A stretch of 64,000 nucleotides of DNA from Phyllobates terribilis (Eukaryota), in contig NW_027362762.1 in NCBI RefSeq assembly GCF_046119375.1, positions 158,782,001 through 158,846,000 on the forward strand, given 5' to 3'. The number at the start of each line of letters is the position of its first letter. Within the stretch, counting starts at the first letter, position 1. Both the position numbers and the translations under genes were made by a program. Of the stretch, positions 50,568-61,400 are shown piece by piece. Under the pieces are notes generated by a model. It was not told the DNA's origin. It saw only the letters and a program-made list of their open reading frames with translations, and searched no databases.

Positions 50568-51990
50568 TATTAGTCCATCTATACTGACCTCCATCAGGTT
50601 GCAAACTGAATATAATTTTTTTCTGCATCTAGCTCTGAAAAAATATTTGGGCTTCTAGCAGTGTGTGGGACTCGGTCTATTAGTCCATCTATACTGACCT
50701 CCATCAGGTTGCAAATTAAAAATAATTTTTTTCTGCATCTAGCTCTGAAAAAATATTTGGGCTTCTAGCAGTGTGTGGGACTTGTTCTATTAGTCCATCT
50801 ATACTGACCTCCATCAGGTTGCAAATTAAAAATAATTTTTTTCTGCATCTAGCTCTGAAAAAATATTTGGGCTTCTAGCAGTGTGTGGGACTTGGTCTAT
50901 TAGTCCATCTATACTGACCTCCATCAGGTTGCAAATTAAAAATAATTTTTTTCTGCATCTAGCTCTGAAAAAATATTTGGGCTTCTAGCAGTGTGTGGGA
51001 CTTGGTCTATTAGTCCATCTATACTGACCTCCATCAGGTTGCAAATTGAATAAAAAAATTTTCTGCATCTAGCTCTGAAAAAATATTTGGGCTTCTAGCG
51101 GTGTGTGGGACTTGGTCTATTAGTCCATCTATACTGACCTCCATCAGGTTGCAAATTAAAAATATTTTTTTTCTGCATCTAGCTCTGAAAAAATATTTGG
51201 GCTTCTAGCAGTGTGTGGGACTTGGTCTATTAGTCCATCTATACTGACCTCCATCAGGTTGCAAATTAAAAATAATTTTTTTCTGCATCTAGCTCTGAAA
51301 AAATATTTGGGCTTCTAGCAGTGTGTGGGACTTGGTCTATTAGTCCATCTATACTGACCTCCATCAGGTTGCAAATTGAATAAAAAAAATTTCTGCATCT
51401 AGCTCTGAAAAAATATTTGGGCTTCTAGCGGTGTGTGGGACTTGGTCTATTAGTCCATCTATACTGACCTCCATCAGGTTGCAAATTAAAAATAATTTTT
51501 TCTGCATCTAGCTCTGAAAAAATATTTGGGCTTCTAGCGGTGTGTGGGACTTGGTCTATTAGTCCATCTATACTGACCTCCATCAGGTTGCAAATTAAAA
51601 ATCATTTTTTTCTGCATCTAGCTCTGAAAAAATATTTGGGCTTCTAGCAGTGTGTGGGACTTGGTCTATTAGTCCATCTATACTGACCTCCATCAGGTTG
51701 CAAATTGAATAAAAAAAATTTCTGCATCTAGCTCTGAAAAAATATTTGGGCTTCTAGCGGTGTGTGGGACTTGGTCTATTAGTCCATCTATACTGACCTC
51801 CATCAGGTTGCAAATTAAAAATAATTTTTTTCTGCATCTAGCTCTGAAAAAATATTTGGGCTTCTAGCGGTGTGTGGGACTTGGTCTATTAGTCCATCTA
51901 TACTGACCTCCATCAGGTTGCAAATTAAAAATAATTTTTTTCTGCATCTAGCTCTGAAAAAATATTTGGGCTTCTAGCGGTGTGTGGGAC
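50568..51990. repeat. Tandem array of 13 x ~110-bp units inside the hAT element
   Basis: tattagtccatctatactgacctccatcagg starts at 50568, 50678, 50788, 50898, 51008, 51118, 51228, 51338, 51448, 51557, 51667, 51777 and 51887. Confidence 0.97.
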
Positions 51991-52079
51991 AGAGACGTAG
52001 TACTGGAAGCACGTCAACAACTGCATCCTCAAACACAACTCTGCCTCTCACCACAAGTCGTGGTGGCTCTTCAGGTCGC

Positions 52080-54866
52080 ATGGGTGCTAAGCCTTGCATA
52101 GCCTGGGCATTTTTTCAGATCGATAAAGATGACCCAACTCGTGTTATCTGTAACATTTGTCAGCAAAAGCTAAGTAGAGGCCAAAAAATACATAGTTTGA
52201 GTACTTCATGCATGAACCGGCACATGGACATGAAGCATAAGTTGCAGTGGGAAGCTCAGTGTGCTACAATGCGGTCTAGCCGGCCGGGCCAACCACCGTC
52301 TGCCATATCTTGTGCATCCGCGGCCTCTTCATTCTCTGTGACTGGGGGGACAGCAGTCACACCTGTTTTGGGGCGCAGACCTGCCACCTCTTTACCCGCA
52401 ACAGCCAGCGTGATTGGCAGGTCATCATTTTCTTTGGAGGTGGTAACACCAGCTGGTCTTGAGCGCTGTCCGACATCGATAGCACCACCTTTGGATCAAG
52501 GCAACCTAACATGTCCGCCTGCATCTTCCTCACAGACCGGCAGTTTGCCGGGGACACCCTTATCAACCCCGTCTAAGCACAATAGCCAGCCCTCGGTCCC
52601 TCAGATGTGGACAAGTAAAAGACCATTTCCTCCTAGCCATGAGAAAGCTAAGAGGTTGAATTTCACCATCTGCAAGCTCTTGGCTACAGAAATGCTGCCT
52701 TTCCGCCTGGTTGACACAGAGGATTTTCGAGACCTTATGTCCGTCGCAGTGCCCCAGTACCAGATGCCCAGTCGGCACTACTTCTCAAAGAAAGGTGTGC
52801 CTGCGCTCCACCAGCATGTCGCACACAACATCACCGCTTCTTTGAGAAACTCTGTGTGTGACAGGGTGCATTTCACCACAGACACTTGGACGAGTAGGCA
52901 TGGACAGGGGCGTTACATGTCGCTGACTGGGCACTGGGTAACTATGGTGACAGCAGGACAAGGGGCTGCTGTCCAAGTCTTGCCGTCCCCACGAGTTGTG
53001 CGTCAATCCTCTTTATGTCATTTTTCCTCCACTGCTTCTGCCTCCTCAACCTCCTCTCGGTCTTCCACCTGCACCCAAAGCCTGTCTGGTCATGCCACAA
53101 GCTTTCTAACTGCGCAGAAGGGATCCTGCACACCTCCTTACTATGCTGGCAGTAGGGCTCAACGTCATCAGGCGGTTTTTACATTGAAATGTCTGGGAAA
53201 TGTGAGTCACACAGCTGAGGAGTTGTGGTCAGCTCTGGAGAACCAATTTCATGAATGGTTGTCTCCACTGGACCTGAAACCAGGGAAGGCCGTGTGCGAC
53301 AATGCTGCAAACCTGGGTGCGGCCCTTCGCCGGGGCAATGTCACACACGTGCCTTGTATGGCTCACGTGTTGAACCTGGTTGTCCAGCAATTTTTAGCCC
53401 ACTATCCCAGACTAGATGGCCTTCTGCAGAGGGCACGGTCGCTGTGTGCTCACTTCCGCCGTTCGCATCCCGCAGCTCAGCGACTTACATCTCTACAGAA
53501 GTCGTTGGGCCTGCCACTTCACCGGCTAAAATGCGATGTGCCTACCCGGTGGAATTCAACTCTGCACATGTTGCAGCGACTGTGGCAGCACCGACAAGCC
53601 CTGGTGCAATACGTTCTGACGTATAGCCTGGGCCAACGAGATTCAGAGGTGGGGCAAATCACGCTGGAGGAGTGGTCTCAGATCAGGGACCTATGCACCC
53701 TTCTGCACAGTTTTGAAATGGCGACGAAGATGTTTAGTGCTGACGATGCCATTATCAGCATGACTATTCCGGTGATTTACATGCTGGAGCACATGTTAAA
53801 CAGAATTCGGAGTCAGGTGGTGGCACAAGAGGAGGTGGAGGAAGTAGAGGAGGAGGAGTTGTATGCGGAAGGGCTAACATCTGCAAGGTCCAGACGGTCG
53901 GCAGCACCAAGGCGGCAGGCATGTGAGGGTGGGGGAGATGGTTTTACCAGGGCGCATGGTAGCAGCCAAACTAGTGAGGAAGGTGCAGGAGCCCAGGAAG
54001 AAGTGGAGGACGAACTGATGGAAGACTCATCAGATGAGGGAGACCTTGATCACATTTCTGTTGTGCGAGGTTGGGGGGAGAGGACAGAGGAAGGAAGCAT
54101 GATTGTTACCTCGCCACCAACACAACAGGGACTTGGTGCTCCTGGATGCGCAACACACATGAGTGCCTTCTTGCTGCACTACCTGCAACATGACCCTCGA
54201 ATTGTGAGAATTAGAAATAATCCTGACTACTGGGTTGCCACACTGTTAGATCCCCGGTACAAAAGTAAATTTGCAGAAATTATTCCTGCCATAGAAAGGG
54301 ATGCACGCATGCAGGAGTATCAGCAGAGACTGTTGCAGAATCTTACATGTGCTTTTCCACAAAATACCAGTGGTGCACGTAGTGAATCTCACAGTTCCAA
54401 CTTGCCAACCGTGGGACCGTCAAGTGTTCAGCACTCAAACCGTAACAGAACCACAGTATCTGGTGGTAACATCAATTTTGCGGAATCATTTCACCACTTT
54501 TTTAGCCCATCCTTTGCAAGGCCACAGGAGACAAGAAGTCTGACACATAGTCAACGCCTAGAGACGATGGTACAGGAGTATCTCCAAGTAAACATTGAAG
54601 CCACGACTGTGTCACTGGACCCTTGCTCTTTTTGGGCTTCCAATCTGGATAAATGGCCGGAGCTAGCCACTTACGCCTTGGAGATCTTGTCATGCCCCGC
54701 AGCCAGCGTTCTGTCTGAACGTGTGTTCAGCGCTGCTTGTGGTGTGCTGACAGATAAGCGCACGCGGCTCTCCACTGATAATGTAGACAGACTCACGTTC
54801 ATAAAGATGAACAAATCATGGATCCGAAACGACTTTTCTACCCCTGTGTCATCCTGGGGAGAGTAA
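52080..54866 (+). CDS. hAT-family transposase with BED zinc finger (928 aa from the first ATG; frame open from 51984; probably N-terminally truncated)
   Basis: BED: AWAFF..ICNIC..CMNRHMDMKH; TTDTWTS; CDNAANL; CMAHVLNL; TRWNST; dimerisation domain FW..WPELATYALEILSCPAASVLSERVFS..KRTRLS..FIKMN. Confidence 0.9.
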   Translation: MGAKPCIAWAFFQIDKDDPTRVICNICQQKLSRGQKIHSLSTSCMNRHMDMKHKLQWEAQCATMRSSRPGQPPSAISCASAASSFSVTGGTAVTPVLGRRPATSLPATASVIGRSSFSLEVVTPAGLERCPTSIAPPLDQGNLTCPPASSSQTGSLPGTPLSTPSKHNSQPSVPQMWTSKRPFPPSHEKAKRLNFTICKLLATEMLPFRLVDTEDFRDLMSVAVPQYQMPSRHYFSKKGVPALHQHVAHNITASLRNSVCDRVHFTTDTWTSRHGQGRYMSLTGHWVTMVTAGQGAAVQVLPSPRVVRQSSLCHFSSTASASSTSSRSSTCTQSLSGHATSFLTAQKGSCTPPYYAGSRAQRHQAVFTLKCLGNVSHTAEELWSALENQFHEWLSPLDLKPGKAVCDNAANLGAALRRGNVTHVPCMAHVLNLVVQQFLAHYPRLDGLLQRARSLCAHFRRSHPAAQRLTSLQKSLGLPLHRLKCDVPTRWNSTLHMLQRLWQHRQALVQYVLTYSLGQRDSEVGQITLEEWSQIRDLCTLLHSFEMATKMFSADDAIISMTIPVIYMLEHMLNRIRSQVVAQEEVEEVEEEELYAEGLTSARSRRSAAPRRQACEGGGDGFTRAHGSSQTSEEGAGAQEEVEDELMEDSSDEGDLDHISVVRGWGERTEEGSMIVTSPPTQQGLGAPGCATHMSAFLLHYLQHDPRIVRIRNNPDYWVATLLDPRYKSKFAEIIPAIERDARMQEYQQRLLQNLTCAFPQNTSGARSESHSSNLPTVGPSSVQHSNRNRTTVSGGNINFAESFHHFFSPSFARPQETRSLTHSQRLETMVQEYLQVNIEATTVSLDPCSFWASNLDKWPELATYALEILSCPAASVLSERVFSAACGVLTDKRTRLSTDNVDRLTFIKMNKSWIRNDFSTPVSSWGE

Positions 54867-54934
54867 AAGCTTGATGATTGTTTAAAATCACCCTACCAAC
54901 CGTTTTAAGCTTTCAAATTACTAATCATGTTTAT

Positions 54935-55190
54935 CTGTATCTTGACTGGAAAATAATTTGGGCTTTGTAGCAGTGTGCAGCACTGATCCTATTAGGCCAT
55001 GTATAATAAGCTCCACCAGATTTAAAATTAAAAATAATTTTTAGCTGCATCTAGCCCGGAAAATAATTTTGGGGCTCCGAGATGCGCAAGACACATAAGT
55101 GCCTTCTTGCTGCACTACCTGCAGCATGACCCTCATATTGTCAGAATTCGAAGTAATCATGACTACTGGGTTGCCACACTCTTAGATCCC
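54935..55190 (+). mobile_element. Relic of a related hAT copy: diverged 110-bp-type unit joined to a transposase fragment
   Basis: 54935-55078 resembles the array unit; 55080-55190 matches 54143-54255 (HYLQHDP..DYWVATLLDP). Confidence 0.8.
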
Positions 55191-56562
55191 CCAAACTTTT
55201 CGATCAACCTTTTCATTTTAATAAAGACCAAAAAAATGGTCATTTTTGAAATTATAAGCATTAGCAGGTTGTTAGAAACTGAAATCAAACAGTTTTCAAC
55301 TCAAAACTTTATTCTAGGTGATGTTACATTTTCACATAGGACCCCTTGTTCGAAAGGAGCTTCTGAACTCTTTCGTCCATTGAATTTGTCAGGTTTTGGA
55401 TGGTTTCTGCTTCAATTGTTTTGCATGAGGACAGAATACCCTCCCAGAGCTGTTGCTTAGATGTGAACTGCCTCCCGCCATCATAGACACTCCTTTTAAT
55501 GATGCTCCAAAGGTTCTGAATGGGGTAGAGGTCAGGGGAGCATGGGGGTCACACCATAAGTTTGTCCCCTTTTATGCCCATATCAGCCAGAGATGCAGAT
55601 GTTTTATGTGCAGCATGAGATGGTGCATTATCATGCAGAAAAATGATCTTGCTGTGAAATACACGGTTCTTCTTCTTGAACCATGGCAGGAAGTGCTGTT
55701 TGAGAAAATCCACATACATTATGGAGTTCATCTTTAGCGCCTTCAGGGATCCTAAAGGGGCCGACAATCTCTCTCCCCATGATTCCAGCCCAAAACATTA
55801 CTCCACCTCCTCCTTGTTGGCGCTGTAGCCGTGTTTGCGTGGGGTGTCCATCAACCAGCCATCCTCCACTCCATCCATCTGGACCATCGAGCGCTGCACG
55901 GCACTCATCCGTGAACAAAACAGTTTTGAAATCAGTCTTCATGTAATGTTTGGCCCACTGGAGCCGTTTCTGCTTGTGTGAAGTGGATAGAGGAGGTCGA
56001 CAGGATGGCGTATGCACAGCTGCAAACCTCTGAAGGACCCTGCATCTTGTTCGGGGGACGTTGGAGGCACAAGCAGCTTCAAAAACTTGTCTGCTGCTAT
56101 GACAAGGCTTTTTTGCCGCTGCTCTTTCAACCTGACGTAATTGCCTGTAGGAAAGAGTCCTCAATTTGCCCTTATCAGCACGCACACGTGTGTACTGTGA
56201 ATCAGCTACATACTTCTTGATTGCCAAGACACTTCATCCTGATCATCGCACAATGTTTATTGTAGTCATGCCTTGACCTAAACACTCCACAATTTGTTGC
56301 TTCTCAGCAGCCGACACATCCTTTTTCTTTCCCATTTTGGCAGAAAATGTAGGCTGCTGAATAATGTGAGAGAGCCTTCTTAAGTAGTCTTGCCTTTCAT
56401 TGGACACACCTGACAAACTAATTAGCACTGGTGTCTGCAATTGCTTACAGTGATATAAAGAGCCCTGACACACATCACCATCAATGAGTTTAACTGACAA
56501 ACAAACAAATTCTTCCCTTATCACTCCTAAACACTTTTTGCATAATAATTTGGAACACAGTG
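55191..56562 (-). mobile_element. Decayed Tc1-like DD37E (TRT-type) transposon, one TIR deleted
   Basis: ATG at 56335 (MGKKKDVS), FTDECR, LHDNAPSH-(37)-PDLYPIQNLW (E to Q; W to stop at 55549-55551); TIR cataataatttggaacacagtg + TA at 56563. Confidence 0.85.
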
Positions 56563-56633
56563 TACATGTGCTTTTCCACAAAACACCAGTGGTTCACGTA
56601 GTGAATCTTACAGTTCTAACTTGCCAACCGTGG
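56563..56633 (+). mobile_element. Continuation of the hAT relic after the DD37E insertion
   Basis: tacatgtgcttttccacaaaacaccagtgg...gccaaccgtgg matches 54344-54414. Confidence 0.85.
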
Positions 56634-56834
56634 TCTGTATGGAGTTGTTCAATAAAGGGCCCAAAATTAAGATAACATAGATGGGAGAGGTCTCTATGAA
56701 TAGGAATTCCTAAGTATTTGATACCCTGTGAGGGCCAGGCAAAGGGAAAGTTGGACTGGATGGAATCCTATATGGATTTGGGGAGGGAGACATCGAGGGC
56801 CTCAGACTTCGCTGCATTGATTTTAAAATTTGAC

Positions 56835-58315
56835 TGTGATGAACCTGTAGCCGCCATCTTGGTAATGATAAATCATATCCAGGGATGGCCACACTTCAGC
56901 AGCCCCCACCCTTGGGACCTTCTGTTAAAACGTCAACTAGATAGTTTCCCCCCATCCAGGCTCCTGTAAGATAAGAAGCCTACTTAACACTTGAATGCTA
57001 GGAGCTTCAAAGACTTCGAGAGGAAACACAGCCAGCAGGGGGGGGTGCTTCGTCTATCTGTACCTGACCATTTGTCCCATAGGACTAGTTTCTTTGTCTG
57101 TCACAAGCATGGAGGCATAAGATATAGAAACATGAAAAGTACACGCATGTTGCGTGGGATGGGCCAATAAAAAAAATATCACGGCGTCCCGGAGCCATTG
57201 CGCACACAAGCCTCCGCGGTAGACGTTTGTACGTGCTCTGGAAGCCAAGATATAGCGCTGAGCCATTCCTGAGGACCGTATGGTATCATAATTGATATCA
57301 AAAGGTCGGTTACGGCGGCCCGAATCCGTGGGAACCCCTGTGGGTATCCTGAGACCATCCCAGAAGAAGTTATTGGGTTCCTTAGAATTTGGGCTTCTGA
57401 TCGAAGTTAGACCTGAGGGTGGAGACTGAGTCAGCTGACCTCACCAGCAGTGGGCGGGACGGGGCAGGTAAGATAGCAGGACAGACAAGAGACAAGTCGG
57501 TCTTGACCCAAGAGTGGTGTGCTGAACATCTGAGCACCAGCTGAGGCCACCAAGGGGAGGAGCAGTTTGACCATGCGGTGGTAGGCCTCAGCCTGTAACA
57601 AAGAACCGTGCCTGCGATCGCAGAATCCTCTCCCTGCGTCACAAGAAAATCAAGAAACCGGTAACTGATATGCTGTGGTGATTCTGTGTGTTGTATTCCA
57701 TTGTTGTATAGTTTAGCCTGACCTTATACCTGTGTATATTTAGTTGTATATCGTGTATCTAGTGTATTATTATAATCAATTACCTCAAGTAATTGTGGGC
57801 CTGCCTTTTATTCTGCATAACGAACGCACGTCCGTGTGAGCTCGGCTCAAGCCAAAACGCTACCCAGGGTTGGTTCCTGACCCGATATAGGCCCATTCAC
57901 GGACTGGGCGTATATCTAAAATAGGGACTGGTGGCAGCATACCAACTGGGGATTGGGGAAGGCTGGTAGTGACGGTCGGAGGTTCAGATATATATATTCC
58001 TGGCGCGGCCAAGGAAGATATATATACCGCCCTCACTACAGAGGGCCCCGATACCCAGTAGGTTACAGGACAGTCTCCCTGGCGACCGCTTATCCTAGGT
58101 GCAGTTCCTTGACTGACCTGAGGCTAAGAGGGCGCTAGCGAGTTGTGCTGTGTAGTGACGTTACGGTTTAGTGACGTTGAAGGGATAACACACTACCGTG
58201 TTCCCTGCGCTGGTTGCAGCTACCTGGCACTACTTTCTCTAGGTGCAGTACCTTGACTGACCTGAGAGGTAAGGGGGCGCCAGAGAGCTGCACCCACCGG
58301 CCGGCTTTCATCACA
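56835..58315 (+). repeat. 5' LTR, 1481 bp
   Basis: tgtgatgaa...ttcatcaca (perfect 9-bp terminal inverted repeat); first 502 bp repeated at 63499-64000. Confidence 0.93.
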
Positions 58316-58316
58316 T

Positions 58317-58337
58317 TGGTGGCAGAGCGGTGGGATT
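58317..58337 (+). promoter_or_regulatory. Primer-binding site, tRNA-Leu-like, with a 2-nt insertion
   Basis: tggtggcag-ag-cggtgggatt starts 1 nt after the LTR; recalled vertebrate tRNA-Leu(AAG/UAG) 3' complement is TGGTGGCAGCGGTGGGATT. Confidence 0.75.
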
Positions 58338-58499
58338 GCAGAATAATAGTGTTGTGGGACCCCTACTCCCAGGCACTAAAGACTGCCAGTGGTAACTTCC
58401 ACTGCTGGAGTCTTAAGGTCAGCCCAACGTTAGACGGTCAGGCTAAAAGTATAACAAGGTGTGTGCAAACTCAGGGTTGCAGCGGTGTCGGTTACCAAG

Positions 58500-61400
58500 A
58501 TGGCAGACGGCACCAGGAGCAAGACCCTGCAGGAGGCTAATGCTACGGTCCGTGTGGCAGGAGGGGAGGACATTGTTACTCATGGCGAGGAGGAGTCCAG
58601 CCCGGGCACCTCAGGGAGCCAGTCCCCAGTATACGGTCCCGCAGTGGGCTGCCCACCACCTACCCAGCCCAGCCTGTCCAGATCACAAGCCCTTTTACAA
58701 GCGGCTATGGCAAGTCTCCAGTCTCATGGCGATGCCGTCTACAAAACCCTCCTGGCAGCATCAGAGAAGGCAGCGGAGGAGGAGCGTGCGGAGCGGGCTG
58801 CGGAGCGGGCTGCGGAGCGTGAAGCTGCAGAGCGCCGGGAGGTTGCGGAGCGTGCAGAGCGAGCTGCGGAGCGCCAGCACCAACTGGACCTGGCCCAGCG
58901 GGGGCTTCCGCTAGAGCAACCAACCCATCAGGAGACCAAGTCGTCCAAAGTCCGAGCTGAGGACTTCCCTCTACTGGAGAAGGATGGGGACCTGGACTCC
59001 TTTCTGGTGGCATTTGAACGGACCTGTCTTCAGCACCATCTGGCCCGGGATCAGTGGGCCAGATACCTGACCCCCCGTTTGAGGGGTAAGTCCCTGGATG
59101 CCTTGGGGGACTTACCTGCCGGGGAGGTACAGAACTACGACTGCATCAAGCGGGCCCTGATCCGGCAGTACAACCTCACTCCCGAGTCGTACCGCCAGAA
59201 GTTCCGGAGCCTGCTGCGTGGCCCCAAGGACACCTGGACCGATCATATGCGGGCGCTGTTGAGAGCCGCAGAGCACTGGACCTCGGGTCTAGCGCTTACT
59301 ACCCGCCAGGAGGTCCAGGAACTGTTCGTCACGGAGCAGTTCTTGTGGAACTGCCCAGAGGACCTCCGACAGTTCCTCCATGACCGAAAACCAACAGGGG
59401 CTTCTGCTACAGCCGCCCTGGCAGACGAGTATGCCAATAACAGGGCGCCTGAGCTGAAGAAGTCTGCCAGCAGCACCTGGAGAGGGGGTAAGCCCAGTCA
59501 TGCCCCTGTTTCCCCGGCCCCTAGAACACAAGGGGTGTATCCCCCTGTTGCCCTCTCCAGGCAAGGACCAGACGTAAGACGTTGTCATCTATGCAACAAA
59601 CCAGGACACTTTAGGGCTGAGTGTCCCCAGCGCCAAAAGACCCCATCCCAGTCCCAGAGAGCGCCCAATGTTTTGTGTGTGGGAGGGGGTGGTGGTAGGT
59701 CCCTGGACAACATCCAACCCGTCACCATAGGCCGTTCTGCGGTCATGGGACTGCGGGACACGGGCGCTGAACGAACACTGGTACGGCCTGAGGTGGTGTC
59801 CCCCCAGGACTTGGTACCAGGAAAGACTCTTTCCGTCTCCGGGGTTGGAGGCGTGGAGCCGGCACTTCCCGTTGCCATGGTGTATTTGGACTGGGGTGCC
59901 GGAAGGGGGATGCGGGAGGTGGGAGTAACGCCAAATATTCCCGCAAATGTTTTATTAGGGACCGACTTGGGGCGTCTTGTATCGCAGTATGTACCCTCTG
60001 AACCCCCAAGTTCGGCCCCCCAAGAGTGTATTGATTTGTCTGCTGCTAATGCCAACCATGTTGTATGTAGTGTGTGTCCTGCGGAGGAGGAGGGAGTGAA
60101 ACCTGAGGGTAACACCTGCACAGACACAACACAAACAGGGTTAGTGAAAGCAGGTGGGGAGTGTGGGGATGCCCGCAGAGGTGCTCAGCCGGCGTGCCGT
60201 GACCTCTTGTCCTCCGGTGAGGGAGGGGGCGGGCAGGATTCTGTAGAGGGAAGCTCAGGGATGGAGAGGGGGGCAGCTACCGGCAGTGTAGGGCTCCCAG
60301 GGGTATCCAGGCTGCTGAGTATAGGCCCACTGCAGGGGGAGGAACAGGCCATGGGAGGTGGGGGTGTCCCAAGAGAGGAGCCGCCAGGTAAGACCCCAGG
60401 GCAGGAGTTCCCCACATCCGAGATGTCCAAAGGCCTAGGAAGCCTGCCTGATCGGGCGGCTTGGTCAGAAACAGAGGGGAAGCAGGCACTACCCACGGTC
60501 ACAGCGGTCATAGCCGCTGTCACCAGGAGTGGGAGCGCCGGAGCCCAAGGAGCCTTGCAGAGGTCCGACGGCTTCCCCACTTCTGACCAAGTGTCTGCCG
60601 GGTCAGACAGCGGCCAGGTGACATGCCCGGAGGGGCTGACGGAGGATGTGGCAGTTTCGTCGATTCTGGCCACATCAAGTCAGGAATTTCAGGCTGCGTT
60701 GGAAGCAGACGACAGCCTGAAAGCTCTCAAGGAACAGGCGGCACAGCCTCCCATGGAGTCAGACTGCGAGCGTGTGGTCTGGGACCAGGGACGGCTGTAC
60801 CGGGTAACGGTCCAGCAGGGTTCACCGGAGGCGTGGCCCAGGGACCGACAGTTAGTGGTACCCTATCCGTTCAGGGCGGAATTGTTGCGGATCGCACACG
60901 AGATTCCGATGGCCGGACACCTAGGGATCGCTAAAACCAAGGCCAGGATAGCTCAGCATTTCTACTGGCCTGGGATGGGAGCCGCGGTGGGTGCCTACTG
61001 CCGTTCGTGTGACACCTGTCAGAGGGTGGGGAAGGCGGGGCCGCGCCCCAAAGCCCCACTGGTAACTCTGCCAATCATCGAAGAGCCTTTCTCGAGGGTC
61101 GCTGTGGATCTTATTGGACCTCTGTCCACTCCCAGCCACTCCGGGAAATGCTTCATACTCACGGTAGTGGACTATGCCACCCGGTACCCGGAAGCGGTAG
61201 CTTTGTCGTCCATTCGGGCCGACAAGGTGGCTACCGCCTTACTGGAGATCTTCTCCAGAGTGGGTTTCCCCCAAGAAATGCTCACCGACCGAGGGACCCA
61301 GTTCATGTCGCGGCTGATGGAGTCCCTCTGTAAGCAAATGCAGGTGCAACATCTGGTGGCCAGCCCGTATCACCCACAGACTAATGGCCTGTGTGAGCGG

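Larger units (their letters stand above)
49649..54900 (+). mobile_element. hAT transposon (left TIR, internal array, transposase); right TIR not found in the window
   Basis: tagagatgagcg terminus at 49649 with ttcg/cgaa-rich subterminal motifs; hAT transposase downstream. Confidence 0.85.

Noticed and set aside
50568-51990. Regular array as a CRISPR
   Set aside because: The units are contiguous near-identical 110-mers with no unique spacers; the context is eukaryotic and there are no cas genes.
56634-56834. Segment between the hAT relic and the 5' LTR
   Set aside because: Could not be assigned; no TIR, ORF or repeat match within the window.
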